DNA of 64,000 nt. Origin: Cyanophora paradoxa CCMP329 (taxonomy: Eukaryota > Plantae > Glaucophyta). The DNA is taken from NCBI GenBank assembly GCA_004431415.1, contig QPMI01000169.1, positions 124,886-188,885 on the forward strand, given 5' to 3'. Under the pieces are notes generated by a model. It saw only the letters and a program-made list of their open reading frames with translations. It had not been told where the DNA came from and ran no database searches. Positions 11,440 through 24,208 of the stretch are shown here, in pieces. Position 1 is the first letter of the stretch. Each line of letters begins with the position of its first letter. Position numbers and translations under genes: made by a program.

Positions 11440-12230
11440 CTGTGGCCGCCGGGCTCGAAGTCGAAAGGAGCCTCATGATCATGATCAGGGCCGGGCCTGA
11501 ACCGGTTAAACTTCGGACCCGGGAACTCCTGAAAGTTGAAGTCATTCGAAATTCGCTGAGCCTCGGAGCTAGCCTAGTAGGCCGGGCTGCGCATGCGCTA
11601 CTATTGCGGGCCGGTCACCGGGTACTCAAGCCTTGTACTACGGTAGGCCCGGGCCCTGAGCCTCTCAGTTAGAGTCTAGGCTTTATGTCGTGAAGGGCCC
11701 GGGCCCGGGGGCTTGCATTCATGCATGATCGCGTCTTTAGCCACCTGAGCCTCCGAGGCTCGGAGCCATAAGCTTGCGCTTGCAAGTTGGAGACTCCAAG
11801 ACCTGATCCGAGATATCGATGATCATGCCATGATGACTCGATGCCATGATGATGATCATGAGGCCCGAGGCCCCGAGCCATGAGCCTCCGGGCCTCGCCA
11901 AGTCGAAGGCTTCATGATCAAGCCTTGCCAAGTTGGTTCAATTGAACTGAGTGAAGGCTCTATCGATATTTCCAGAGCCTCGGTTTACCCCTGCAACTGG
12001 GAGGCAGGCTGCATGCCGCAGTCACTGAGTGCACAGGCCCGATATTGATCGCGAGCTAGGCCTAGGCTGGCAGCCTGGCAGCAATGCAGCCTGGCACTGC
12101 GGCAGCTGCAGCCCCCCGGGCCCCGGCCGCCGCCCGCGCGGGGCGGGGTCACTGATTTACTAAGTTAGTGAATCAGCGATCCTCCTGGCCTCCAGACTCA
12201 TGCACTGAGCTGGGAGCCACGGAATCCAAC
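11440..12230. repeat. Non-coding island rich in short palindromes and micro-duplications
   Basis: ATGATCATGATC, GCGCATGCGC, GGGCCCGGGCCC, CATGCATG, CTGAGCCTC repeated, GCAGCCTGGCA twice; same vocabulary as 1-520. Confidence 0.6.
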
Positions 12231-12355
12231 TCTTTTCCCCCCAGTGGAATGCATATGTACCCCCAAAGATTTTGAGAGCTGTACCCCGGGCTCACCCCTC
12301 GTTCAAGACTCCCGGGCGCGTGTACTGTATGTGCTCGGATCCCTAACGGCGCGTG

Positions 12356-14428
12356 CTACGTGTAGACACGATCGAACGCGAAGCGGGCCGACGGGAGGAC
12401 CCTAGCCAGCTCCTCGCACGTCCCGAGCACGTCCCGCCCGAGCACCTCGTCCTCGTAGGACTCTCGGCACTTGCAGGTGAGGCGGACCTGCGCGTGCTCT
12501 CGGGCGGGCGCGGCGGGGGTGGCCGAAGGGGCGGCGGCGCAGGTGCGCCTCGAGCCTCTCTGCGCGGCAGGCGGCGAAGGCGGAGAGGCCTGCGAGCCAT
12601 CCGCCCGCAAGGGCCTCCTCGCCGACGTCGGACCCGAGAATGAGGCGGTGGAGGGGTACGGAGGCGAGCACCGCCGCCGCTTCCGCGGGGATCGCTTCGG
12701 CCGGGTCCAAGTGGACGGTCAGCCAGACGCGCCCGGGGGCCCCCTGCGCCAGCGCCGCGAGCGCGGGGAGCCGCTCCATCAGCGCGGGGAGCGCCTCTGG
12801 CCAGGTCGCCGTCTCTGCCGGGGCACACCCTAAGGGAGGGGCGGGGCGGGGGGCCGGGGCGTAGCGCGCACGCGGGAGGAGGCAGAGGGCGAGGGCGGGG
12901 CTGCGCTCGAGGGCCCTCGCGTAGCCGGCGAGCGGGACGCGGGCCTCCCACACGCTCAACGCGTCCAGCGCCTCCACGCGCCGCAGCGCCGGGCACGAGC
13001 CGAGCTCGGCCACGTCGCACCCGTCCACCGCCTCTGTCAGCTGCGGGGCGGGGCGTTGGGGCGGGGCCGGCGGGGCGGGGCGGGGCGGGCGGGCGGTGAA
13101 GTGGCTATGGAGGCGCTCGAGGGCGGCCAGGTGCGGGAGGGCCTCGAGGGCGCCGGGGCAGAGCTCCGCCCACTCGCGCGGCGGGCCGAAGCGAAGCCTG
13201 CGCGCTGCTCAGCGGGGCGAGGCCGCGGGGAGAGGGCGGGGGGGAGGGAGGCGCGCACTCTCTCAGAGAGAGCGCGGCGGGAGCGTCGGCGAGAGCCTGG
13301 AGCAGGGGCGCCGCGTCGCGATCGGGGGGAAATTCCCCCCGCGGGCGGAGGCAGAGCTCGAGGCGCTCGAGGGCGGGGAGGTCGGCCAGGCCCGCCGCCT
13401 CCCCGTACTCCTCCACCGCGATCTCCACCTGCGCCCCGCGTCGGAGGCGCGGGGGGCCGGCGGGGGCGCAGGAGGCGCGGACCCGCTTGAGGCGCGGGAG
13501 GCACCCGGCGAGGGCGAGCGTGCCGGACCGAGCGAGGCAGAGGGAGCCGCAGCCGACGAGGGAGAGGCTCTCGAGCTCTGAGAGCCGGCCGAGGCGGCGC
13601 TCCCAGTCGTCGTCGGGGTCGGAGCTCGCCTCCAAGTTGCCATGTGTGGGCGAGCCGCGCAGTGCGAGGCTGCGAAGTGCGCGGCGGGATGCGTCGAGTG
13701 CGATGAAGATGCGGTCCAGGAACGCGCCGCTCATCACAGAGCTCGCTTTGAAGATCAGCTCGAAGCCGCCGAGGCCTCCGCTCGCCGACACGAACGCCCG
13801 GACAAGCGACACGATGGAATCGCAGGTGCACGAGCAAGACCTCCCAAGCACCTCCAGACGGAGCGACGCGCCGGGGGCCACGCGGATCCAGCGGCGACTT
13901 GACACGAAACCGCCCGGCTGCTGCTGCACTCGCCCCGGTTGCCGGTCCTCGGACACGCTGTCCTCGTGCTCAGCGCCGACGACAACGCCCGCGAGCCGAT
14001 CCGCCCTCTCCGCGCCCCACACGGCCACGTCCAGCCGGCTCCATACGCGCGCGTTCAGAGCGCTCGAGTTGCGCCAGCGACGGCAGACAGCACGCGCGTT
14101 GGAAGCCGACTGCAGATCCAGACTCTCAAGAATTTGCGAGAGGGTCTCGTCGGGCAGCTGGTCGAACGGCGATGGTCCTGCTGCAGCTTCTTGCGCGGCT
14201 TCGGCGTCGGAAATGCCCGTTTACCTCTGTTTGCTGGACTCCGGAGACGCCAACGCTGCCTCGAGCAGCTCAGCAGCCGCGCCGGCCAGCGTGCTCCCTC
14301 TCCGCCCCGCGTACTGCACGAGGCGCGCGTGGATGCCTGCGCGATCGGTTCAGCACATCACTCGATGTCCGACTCACTGCGACCACTTGCGCACCGGCAG
14401 GCAGCTCGATGATTCCTCTCGCCTCCAT
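12356..14428 (-). CDS. F-box protein with degenerate leucine-rich repeats
   Basis: PFDQLPDETLSQILESLDLQSASNARAVCRRWR is an F-box motif. Downstream LxxLxL repeats (LRSLALRG, LSELESLSLVGC, LPALERLELC). The 5' exon structure is uncertain because an in-frame TAA at 14221-14223 must be intronic. Confidence 0.7.
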
Positions 14429-14756
14429 CTAGCTGGTATCGCCGGTCTAGCTAGCTGGCCTTGATTGCGCCGGGCGGCTCCGTCGGTCCGCCGGTTTAGC
14501 TCAGCTTAGCGATTCGCACACTCTCTCAAGCCGCCAGCTGCAGCTGAAAGAGTCTCTGATGCTCAGCACGACGTGGCGGGCCTAGCCCCCTCGGACTCGC
14601 CCCCCCCCTCGAAGGGCGAAGACTCAGACTTGAGGCCCGCCCGAAGCGGAACAAGGGTAGAGGAGTTAGCGGCAGTTAGTACCTGCGGTCCACGAATTTT
14701 TTTAGTTCGCAGGCAGCGTCGCTAGTCAGCCGCGGCCCATCTAAAGCCTAGCAGCA

Positions 14757-16131
14757 ATGGCCCAGCAGATTACTGGCGTGAACCCCCGGTAAGCCGCCGT
14801 ATTGCCAGCTCCGTAGCGTCCGGAGCAGCCGGGACTGGTGGAGGCTCGTTAGACTTAGTCTAGGCTGGACCAGGGCCGAGGGCGTCGTCTGATAGAGGGT
14901 TTGGGGTGGCGCAGCTCCGGCGGCATTACGAAGTCGGAGCCGACTTTCGGCGGCATTGAGACGCCGGCCGGCGCCGAGGTTGAGATCATCCGCTCGGCGG
15001 TGATCTCCCCGGTCAATGCCCCGACTGCCCCGGCGGGCGTCGTGGCCCCGGTCTGCGCGCAGCCCGTGGCTGTCCAGATCGTCACCCAGGAGCTCCCTGC
15101 CCCGGAGCCCGTTAAGGCGGAGTGCGATGTGACTGTCCAGCACAAGCTCAACCTCCAGGTCCCGGAGCCGGTGAAGCCCGAGATCGTAAAGGGCGTGCTC
15201 ACTCAGGACACCAAGTGCGGCTGCATCGACTACTGCACCCCGGCGTCGTCGAAGTGCAACGGTGAGCCGGGAGTCCATTCCGCGGCCGTTATGCCGAGAA
15301 TCTCGTTTTGCTTCTTGTTTCGCACGTGCTAACGGACGCGTATCGGTGTCTAGACCCCTTCAACTACAGCAAGACTGGCCTGATCAATGGCGTGAAGGTT
15401 GACGGCGCTCCGGATGACAACGCCGCCTACGTCCTCACCCCCCTGTCGCCCTGCACCACCCCCCTGTACTATGATGCCGTCAAGCCGGACTGCAACACCG
15501 GCGTTGAGTGCCCGAAGCCGGTTAGCAGTCTGCGGTTGCGAACCATGGGGCTTGTCTTTACACTAGCGCAGGCCGTGCCCGAGTGCTCGGACATCGTCGT
15601 GACCATCGACAAGACCTGCCGCGACGAGGTGAGCTAGGTGTTACCGCTGGACGGGGGCTGGAGTTGATCGGTTCGGGGGTTAGGTCTGCCGTGAGCCGTC
15701 GACCAAGGAGCCCGTCCTTAAGAACGTTGTTGCGGACTGCGAGGACCTGTCCCCGGATTCGGATGCGTACAAGGCGCTCCGCTGCTACGAGGAGGCCGAC
15801 AAGCACTTCCCCGTCTCCAACGAGAGCGACGGCTGCGAGCCGTTCAAGCCCTGCTCGGCCTCCCCGATCAAGATGGTCGATGAGGAGACGCAGGAGGTGC
15901 GACTGCGCGCGGTTACTGGGGTTTGTCGGTGAGCGGTGCTGACTGACGTTCGGCGGTTAGATCGAGTTCGACCTCGTTGCGGAGGCTGACAGCGCGGCGA
16001 TGAACGTCGACACCACCGAGGAGGTGAGAATCGCTGTCTGCGACACGGCTTGTTCTTTTCTGATCTTTTCTCAGGAGGACATCACCTTCGATGCCGTCGA
16101 GTGCGAAATGAGCGCGATCGCGCTCCTGTAA
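14757..16131 (+). CDS. Uncharacterised Cys/Pro/Val-rich protein with acidic C-terminus; 7 exons
   Basis: MAQQITGVNPR|SGGITKSEP...TKCGCIDYC...DCEDLSP...EDITFDAVECEMSAIALL*. All six introns are GT-AG, mostly GTRAG/GTTAG donors, and restore a continuous frame with strongly biased codons. Confidence 0.8.
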
Positions 16132-17082
16132 ATCGCCCAGCGTTCGGCCACGGAAGCTCGGAAGGGCCAAATATAGATAGGTCGTTCTCGGGCTCGAGGC
16201 GGTCACAAGCCGCAACAGCCGCCAGCGAAGTCGTCGCCAGCGAGTCGATGAAGTCACAGGAGTGAATGGCGCCGCGGGAATCAGCTGTAGCGAGGAGCGC
16301 GTTCCGTGCTGGTCTTGGAGTCCGATGGCACCACAACCGCGGCGCCATGTACAGCCCTTTCCTCTCTGGTGGGGCTCCTATGATCAGACGGGCGTATGTA
16401 GCCCTTTGTACCATTTGTTTTCCGGTGCAGAGGATGCATTCGCATGTGCCCCTGCAGTAAATTATAAAAGCTGAAACAAAACTCCTCTTGTTCTACGGGT
16501 TGGTGGGTCAATCTAGATGGAAAGGACATTGTTTTGGGGGGTTGGGCTTCAGATCTGGCAGGTACACATGCAAGGCGAGGTGTCGGTCAAGGCACATGTT
16601 TGTCGAACCTTCTTCCGAAGGTCGGAGAAGCACGCCGTGTGACGGGCGACCCAGCGGCAGCAGCCAGTGCCAGCCACCACTGGCCATGCCGGTGCCAGCC
16701 GTGAGCGTGAACTCTTATGGCGTCAAGAGCTAGCGCAGCCTAGCAGTCTATTAAATTTTGGAAGGCGCCGCGCCCCAAGCCCAGACCGTCGACGTCTGAC
16801 CAGATTTGATCTGGCGAGGGTACCGTTGGTGGCCGAGTCACTGAGTCTATCGAGCTAGCGAGCAGCTGCAGCCACCGCTAGCGCTAGCGCGTGCGTGCCT
16901 ATAGGAAGCATAAAGCACGCCTGAGGAGAGCGTCGCGCACGGACTCCGGGGCTCGAGGTACGCTTGGAGCTTGCAAAGCGCCTGCACCGCATCACACATG
17001 AGCGCCTGCACCGCACATGAGTGCCTTACTGTTTCACACGTGACGCACAGGTGCCCCACCGGACGGGTGGCCGCCCCAGCGA

Positions 17083-20000
17083 ATGGAGAGCAGGGTGAAG
17101 GTCGCACTGCGGTGCAGGCCGCCGATAGCTCGGGAAGCGCAACACTCCTTTGGCCTTCTCACGCTGGATCCCGGCGGCTCCTGCGCCTGGTGCGCTTGCC
17201 ATGGACGGGCTGGCGCCGCTGCTCAAGTCCGACGCCGCGCAGCCTCCGGACGAAGGACGAAAGACCAGTGGAGCGGACCTTCGCTGCGGACTATGTGTTT
17301 GATCAGAGCGCGAGCCAGGACGACCTGTACTCGGGCGTCGGCGTCGACTCCATGGTAAGCAGCACTAACCTCCTTCGAATTCGCTTGGAGGCGCCGCCGC
17401 CGCCAACGGCGCCCGCGCGCAGGTCGAGGCCGTGCTCGACGGCTACAATGCAACGATTTTCGCATACGGCCAGGTGCTCGCGAGCCGGCGGACGCGCGGC
17501 CGCGGGGCCCGAGCGCGGGGTCTGCGCAGACGGGCTCGGGGAAGACGTACTCGATCGACGGCTTCGAGTACGCCTCCTCCGCCGGCGGGCGCGTCAAGTC
17601 AGACTGGAAGGCGCGCCGGGGGCGCCAGCCCCCGCCCGGGGCGGCCCAAGCTCTCACCGAGGGGGCAGGTGGAGGGTGCGAGGCTGGGGATCGTCCCGCG
17701 GGCCATCGGGGCCCTCTTCGCGAGCATGGCGAGCTCCGAGCGGCGCAGGCAGCTCAAGTACCGCGCTCGCTGCTCGTGCGCGGCCCCCGAGGCGGCGCCG
17801 CCGGCCGGCCGCCGACCCCGGCTCGCCGACCCGCGCGCGCAGGTACCTGCAGATCTACCAGGAGCGCGTCTACGACCTGCTCAACACGGGCGGGGCGCCG
17901 GCGGGGGCGCCGCAGCCCTCGACGAGCCTGCGCATGCGGTGGAACCAGCGGGACGAGTGCGGCCGGCGGGGCGCGCGTCGCGGGGGCGGGCGCCTGACGC
18001 GGCTGGCGGGGGCCAGGTTCTACGTGGAGAACCTCTTCGTCTGCGAGTGCCGCGACGCCCGCCAGATGCTGTCCGCCCTCCCCTCCCTCTCCTGGACGCC
18101 TGCCGGCCCGAGCGGGGGGCGGGGCGCAGGGAGCTCTTCCGCGGCGGCTCGCGGGCGAAGGCGATGGGCGCGCACGCCCTCAACGCCGCCAGCTCCCGCT
18201 CCCACTGCGTCTTCACCGTCCAGGCGCGCGCGGGCCCAGGCCGGCCGCGCGGGGGCCCTCTGAGGGCGGCGGCAGGTCGAGTGCGAGGACCCGGCGAGCC
18301 CCGGCGAGATCCGCACGAGTGCGCGCGCGCGTCTTCGCTGAGCGCCGTCGGACCGGCGCCGACGCGGGGCGGGCGGCGGGCAGGCAAGTTCAACGTGGTG
18401 GACCTCGCCGGCTCCGAGCGCCTCGCGCAGACCCAGTCCACCGGCGGCCGCATGAAGGAGGCCCGCCCCGCGCCCCGCGCCCCGCGCCCCGCCCCGCGCC
18501 AGGCGCGCCCGAACCGAGGCCCCGCGCCGCAGGGCATCGCCATCAACCAGTCCCTCTTCGCCCTCCGCAAGGCGCGCCCCGCCCCCCTCCGCTCGCTTCC
18601 CCCAGGCCTGAGCGTGCTCCCCTTGCAGGTCATCGCGGCCCTGGCGGATATCCTTTCCTCCCCCGCGCCCCTCGCCACTCGCCGCGCGCTGCGCGCTGGC
18701 ACTGCCTTGACGGGGCGGGGGGGCCACATGGGGAGGGGGCGCAGCACGTGCCGTACCGGGACTCGAAGCTGACGAGCCTGCTGAAGCACTCGCTGGGGGG
18801 CAACTCGCTGACGCTCATGCTCGCCTGCCTCTCGCCCTCGGACGAGGCGGCGGAGGAGAACGCGAGCACGCTGGAGTACGCGACGCGGGCGCGGGCCATC
18901 ACCAACCGCCCCGCCCTCAACGAGGACCCCAAGAGCGCCCTCATCCGCGCCCTCCGGGAGGAGGTGGCGCCCCCTCGCGCCCGCCCCGCGCAGCAGGCCG
19001 GCGGGCGGGGCTCACGTGGCGCGCAGGTGGCGCTCCTGCGGGGCCAGCTGGCGCAGCTGAGCCACGTCGTGCTCCTCCCCGACGGCTCCCGCCTCCTCCC
19101 CGCCCCGGGCCCCGGCCCCCAGGCCGCCCCGCGCCCCGCCGCCGCCCCCGCGCATCCCTCCACCCCCGCCGCCAGCGAGGGGCTGCGGGGTGGACGCGGG
19201 CGGTGCGCCGGCCAGCCGCCCCGCCCTCGCACAGGGGGGCCGACGGGGGCCGGGCGCGGGGCAGAGCTGGGGAGAAGTTCGTGGAGAGCGTGGACGCCAT
19301 CAAAGAGCTGCTCGAAGCGAACCGGCGCCTGCGCGCCGCCTACTTTGCTGCCGCCGCCGCCCGCGCCGACTCCGACGCCGCCAACGCGCGCCTCATGGAG
19401 GAGAACGCCGATCTCCGCGCCCGCGTCGAGGCCCGCCCCGCCCCGCGCCCCGCCCGCGCCGCCGCCCGCGCCGCCGCCCGCGTGACGCCCCCGCAGCTCC
19501 TCGAGAACGCCCTCGTGGAGGAGGAGGAGGCCACGGGGGTCCGCTCCCGACCCCGCTCGGCTGCGGCGGCGGCGGCCGCCCTACCGCCCGCACGGCGGGG
19601 TGCCGCGACCCTCGCCGCCCCCGCCAGCCCCCTCGCCCGGGCGGCGACGAGGTGCGCTTGGGCCGGTGGCGCTCGGGCCGGCGGCGGCCGAGCGGGGATG
19701 GGCGCGCAGCCGCTGGCGGCGGGGATCGGGCGGGCGCTGGACGACCTCTACGGCCTCAGCGACGGGCCCGCCCCGCCCTGCCTCCTCGAGTGGAGGCCCG
19801 CCGCTCGCTGACTCCTGGCCGGGCAGGATCGCGGCGGCCGCCGGGGGCGCCGCCGCGGGGCGCGCCTTGCCCGAGGGGACCGCGGGCTCGAGCCGCTTCT
19901 TCGCGCGCTCCAACTCCACCCCCTCCGCTACGGGCCCCGCGCCTGGCGCTCTTAGTGGACTCTCGACCACCGCGATCTTCGGCACGGGGACGGCCGCCGC

Positions 20001-20461
20001 AGGGCCGCAGCGGACGCTGCACGGCGCGGGGCGCGCGGGAGCCTCGAGCGGGGGCGGCGGCGGCGGCGGGAGCGGGCTGATGAGCCTGGAGGAGATGCGG
20101 CGCATCGTGCGGCAGGCCCCGCGCGCCTCGGGGCTTCCTCCCCAGCAGGCGCCCCCGCAGCCCAGTGCGCCGCCCCCGCTCCAAGCCCCGCCGGCCTCGC
20201 CTGAGGCGCGGGCAGCGGGCCCGGGGCGGCCCCCAGCGCCTCGCGCGTCCTCTCCGTCCTCTCCCGGGACCCCGCCGGCACCGACGCCCCGCGGGGAGCC
20301 TCGAGGCGCGCCCCGGCCCCCGCCCCTCCCTCGCCCCGCCCCTCCGACGCGGCGCGCAGCGGGCGGAGCTGCGGCTGAGCACGACGGGGCGCCTGCTGCG
20401 CGCGGGCAGCGCGGGAAGGAGGAGCGCGCGCAGCGACAGCGGCGGCGAGGCGCCCGACTAG
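17083..20461 (+). CDS. KIF12: N-terminal kinesin motor protein, kinesin-16 (KIF12)-like
   Basis: [26 protein letters not shown] (P-loop), [59 protein letters not shown] resembles the kinesin-16 loop 8 region; coiled-coil stalk follows. Confidence 0.9.
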
Positions 20462-20555
20462 AGGCAGCCTGTCGCCGAGTCGCGCGTTTCTAACTATACA
20501 ACTAGCGTTCAAGTACATGCGCGGGGAAGAGGTGGAAGGAAGCGGGGCCGGGGCG

Positions 20556-21996
20556 TCACAGGTAGGCGCGGGCACGGCGGTAGCCATAGAAGGCGGCGGC
20601 GAGGGCGGCAAGGACGGCCCCGCCCGCCACGAGGGCAATGGCCGGCCCCGCGAGGGCGGGGGCCGGCCGGCCGGGGCGGGGGCAGGCCCTGGGCGGCGCG
20701 GGCGGCGGCGGGGCGGCGCGGGTTGGAGCGGTAGGCGCGGGCGCCGAGGAGCTCGTGGAGGGGAAGGTGCGCATCTGCCAGGGGAGGGCGACGGCCCAGC
20801 GGCCCCGGGTGCGCCGGGGCGGCCCAAGGGGGCCCCCGGGGCGCGGCCCCAGCTCGACCTCGGCGACGATCGCCTGCGCGCCGGCGAGCGTCCGAGGGGC
20901 GGGGCGGGCGGGGCGCGCGGGGGCGGACGTCCTCGGGGCCTCGGGGAGGGCGGCGAGGGTGCGCCCGTCGCGGTCGGCGATGGCGGAGCGCCCGCCGAAG
21001 ACGGTGCGGGCCTCCAGGGGGACCCCCACCACGGGGCTCACCCACTGCCCGCCCCCTCAGATCGCACCGGGCGCCGGCGCGCCGGGCAGGGCGCCGCGGC
21101 GCACGGGGCCGCTCTTGTTGACGGCGAGGCAGGGGACGCCGTAGGCCCGCGCGCTCTCCGCCGCCGCCCCCTCCATGAAGGCGCAGAACCAGCTGCGCGG
21201 CGGGGGCCTCGGATCGGGGCGAGCGCGGGGGGCGGCGGGGCCCGGGGCCGAGTGCGGGGCGCACGCGTCGGCGGAGGCGGAGAGGGGGAAGGGGGAGTCC
21301 ATGCGCGGGGCGGAGAAGGGCGCGACGAGGAGGTCCGGCCACGCCTCGCCGATGCTCCGGCTCACGGGGGCGAGGAGGTTCTCGTAGCAGATGGCGACGG
21401 CCACGCGGCCCACGCGCGGGATCTCGATGCAGCGCCCGCAGTCGCCCCCCGTGAAGAAGTTGCTCTCCATGGACGCCGGCACCGACTTGTACACCTTGCC
21501 GACTGCGAGGCGCGCGCCGGAGTCTGCGCGGCGCGCGCCGGGCCGGGCCTGGGGAGAGGCTGGCGCGCGCACCGATTCTCTCGTCCGGCCCGACGAGCAC
21601 CCAGACGTTCCGGAAGTCGTCGCCCTCGGCCACCAGCATCCCGGCGCCCACGTACGCACTGTGCTGCTTCGCGCAACGCCGCAAGAAATCCAGCGTCGCA
21701 CTGGCCTCCCAGCTCTCTGCTTTCTCCCACATGCGCTCACTGAAAACGAAGCCCGAGAATGCGATTCTGCGCGGCGCCGACGGGTTAGCGCGTGTCACTG
21801 TGGCACCGTGGGCCTCTAGTCTCTAGATGTCTCCGAGCAGATGGAAGAAGGCTCACTCTGGGAAGCAGATGAGCTGCGCCCCCTGCCGAGCCGCCTTGTC
21901 AGCCAGCGCCGCGGCGCGCGAGAACAGCTGCGCCTGGCTCTCGTCGGCGGCGAGCTGCAGGTCGTTCAGCTGCACCGCGGCGACGCGGAGCTTCAT
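20556..21996 (-). CDS. Carbon-nitrogen hydrolase (nitrilase superfamily) with C-terminal transmembrane segment
   Basis: MKLRVAAVQL, LICFPE (catalytic Glu), KVYK (Lys), VAICYEN (Cys), GGRSAIADRDGRTLA; ends AIALVAGGAVLAALAAAFYGYRRARAYL*. Confidence 0.85.
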
Positions 21997-22248
21997 GTCG
22001 GCTGGCGAGAGATCGAGGAGCGTGTTACATCGGAGTCTCGGCACTGGCACGTCGTCAGTGAGCCGATGTGAGCGTCGGTTAGTGTCGCTGAGCGCCGGTG
22101 AGCGTCGCTGAGCGAGCCAGGCGGGGTACGCCAGACTCAGACGAACTTCAGTTTGGCCAGAGAGCTCACTCCGGCGCTCGCTTAGCTTAGCTATCGAGCT
22201 TAGCTAGGGAAGCGGTCAAGGAGCCCCCAGCAGGACAGGAGCGGCCGG

Positions 22249-24208
22249 ATGAGCGCAAAAGAGCAAAGAGCGGAACAGCTCCGGCAGCAACGGGAGCGCT
22301 GGATGAGGCAGCGAGCGCAAGAAGAAGACCGTGGGGCCCATGCGCCGCCAGCGCAGGCGCCTGCAGCGGAGAAGCAGCCGCGGGGCCCGACGCCTCCGCG
22401 GGGCCCGCAGCAGCCGCCACAGCAGCAATACTATGCGCCTCCCTCGCAGCAGCACTACGCGCCAGCGGGCGGTGGGTATTACGCGCCTCCGCAGCACGTC
22501 GCGGCCCCTCAGTACGCAGCGCCGCCACCGTACGCGGCGCCATACAACGGCTTGCCGCCCATACCCAACGGGTCCCGTACCGCACCCTCGCCGCCGCCTG
22601 CGGCTCAGTACGCTGCGGCACCGGCGGGAGGCTACGGGAGAGCGGCGCCCGCGCCGCCTGCGCCGTATTACCCGGAGCTCTCCGCGAGCCAAGTCAACGC
22701 CCTGCCCGAGCAGGTCCGCTGCTTGAGCTTGGCGCCGAGATGCGCAAGCGACCCTGACTTGCGGACGCCGCAGCTGCTGGACAGGCTGACGGAGCGGCTG
22801 ACGAACCGGCTGCGCATCGAGCTGAAGGAGGAGCTGCGGCGGGAGACGCAGCCGTACGACGCGAACACGGAGCAGGCGGCCGCGCGCATCGAGCGGTGCG
22901 CCGGGCGGCGCCGCGCGCGGGCGGGGCGCCCACGATGCGGCGCAGGCACCTCGCGGCGGACGTGGAGGCGCAGACGTGCCCCATCTGCTACGACCTCATG
23001 GTCCCCCCCGCCAAGTCCCCCATCATCCTCTTCCCCTGCGGGCACAGCTTCTGGCGCGGCCCCGAACCGCAGCCCGCCCTTGCCCCGCGCGTGCTGAGCG
23101 CCCTCGCAGCGAGCAGTGCGTGACGAACCACACGCAGACGCACCAGCGGGACAAGTGCCCCGTGTGCCGCACGAAGGTCGGGCCCGGCCCGCCCCCGGAC
23201 CGGCGGCCGTCGGCGAGCTAACGCGGCCGGCGGGCAGATCGCGTCGCAGGCGCAGAACGTCGTGCTGCGGCAGCTCATCCAGAAGTACGTCGCCAAGCGC
23301 CAGCAGATCGAGGGCGGGCGGGTCCGCCGCCCCTCTCCCCAGCCGCGGCCTGCCCCTGCCCCCTCCGAGGGCGCCGGCAGGAGGCGCCGGGGGCGGCGGC
23401 CGGGCCGTCGAGGGTGGCGGCGGCGCCGCAGGCGCCCGGCGGGGACGACCCGCGAGATAGGTGCGGGGAAAGGCCGGCGGGCGCCCCGCCCCGCGAGCGG
23501 CTAACGAAGACCGGGGCGGCAGCTACCTGCGGGACTACCAGTCGCTGGGGATGCGGTGCCGCATCCTTCGGAACGAGGTGGAGGAGACGGTGGACAAGAT
23601 CGGGCAGATCAAGCAGGCGAGCGCCTCCTTGCCCTTCCCCTTCCCTCCAGCGCCCGCTGACAGGGGCGCAGAAGGGCTCGTCGGCGCGGCTGGTGCGGGA
23701 GCACCTCGCGCGCGAGGAGCGCCGCGCCTACGAGGCCGTCCAGCGGGTCCCCGCCCCGCCCCGCCCCGCCCGCCCCGCCCCGCCCGCCCCGCCCCCGCCC
23801 GCCCCCGGACCCGCCCGGGCGAGCCCCTCCCCGCAGGCGACGGCCGAGTGGGAGGTCGTCAAGGGGCAGCTGGCCGAGCAGGAGGCCAAGGTACCCCCCC
23901 CCTCCCCCTCCCCCCCCCCACACCGTCCCCGTCCACTTGCCGCCCGCACACCGCGCCGCCTCTGACGGAGACCTCCCGGGGCGCACGAGCAGTGCGCGCA
24001 GGTCGACGCCAGCGTGAGCGAGGCCGAGGGCAAGATCGAGCTGCTGAAGGTGCGCCGTCCCTGCGGCCCGTTGGCGCGCGGCTGTGCCCTCTCCGAACCC
24101 CCGCGCGCCCAGAGCACGCTGGCGCCGCTGGAGTCGGAGCGCGAGAAGGCGCGGCTCATCCTCCTCGAACTCGACCCCAGGATACGCCTCTCCGACTACG
24201 ACGCGTAG
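22249..24208 (+). CDS. RING-HC finger and coiled-coil protein with Pro/Tyr-rich N-terminus
   Basis: CPICYDLM...FPCGHSFCEQC...KCPVCR, followed by NVVLRQLI and heptad-rich exons ending RIRLSDYDA*. Confidence 0.85.

Noticed and set aside
14221-14223. In-frame TAA upstream of the F-box, suggesting readthrough or code reassignment
   Set aside because: A GC-donor intron (G|GCGCGG...GCAG) can remove it in frame, and TAA is a normal stop in other genes here (16129, 60478).
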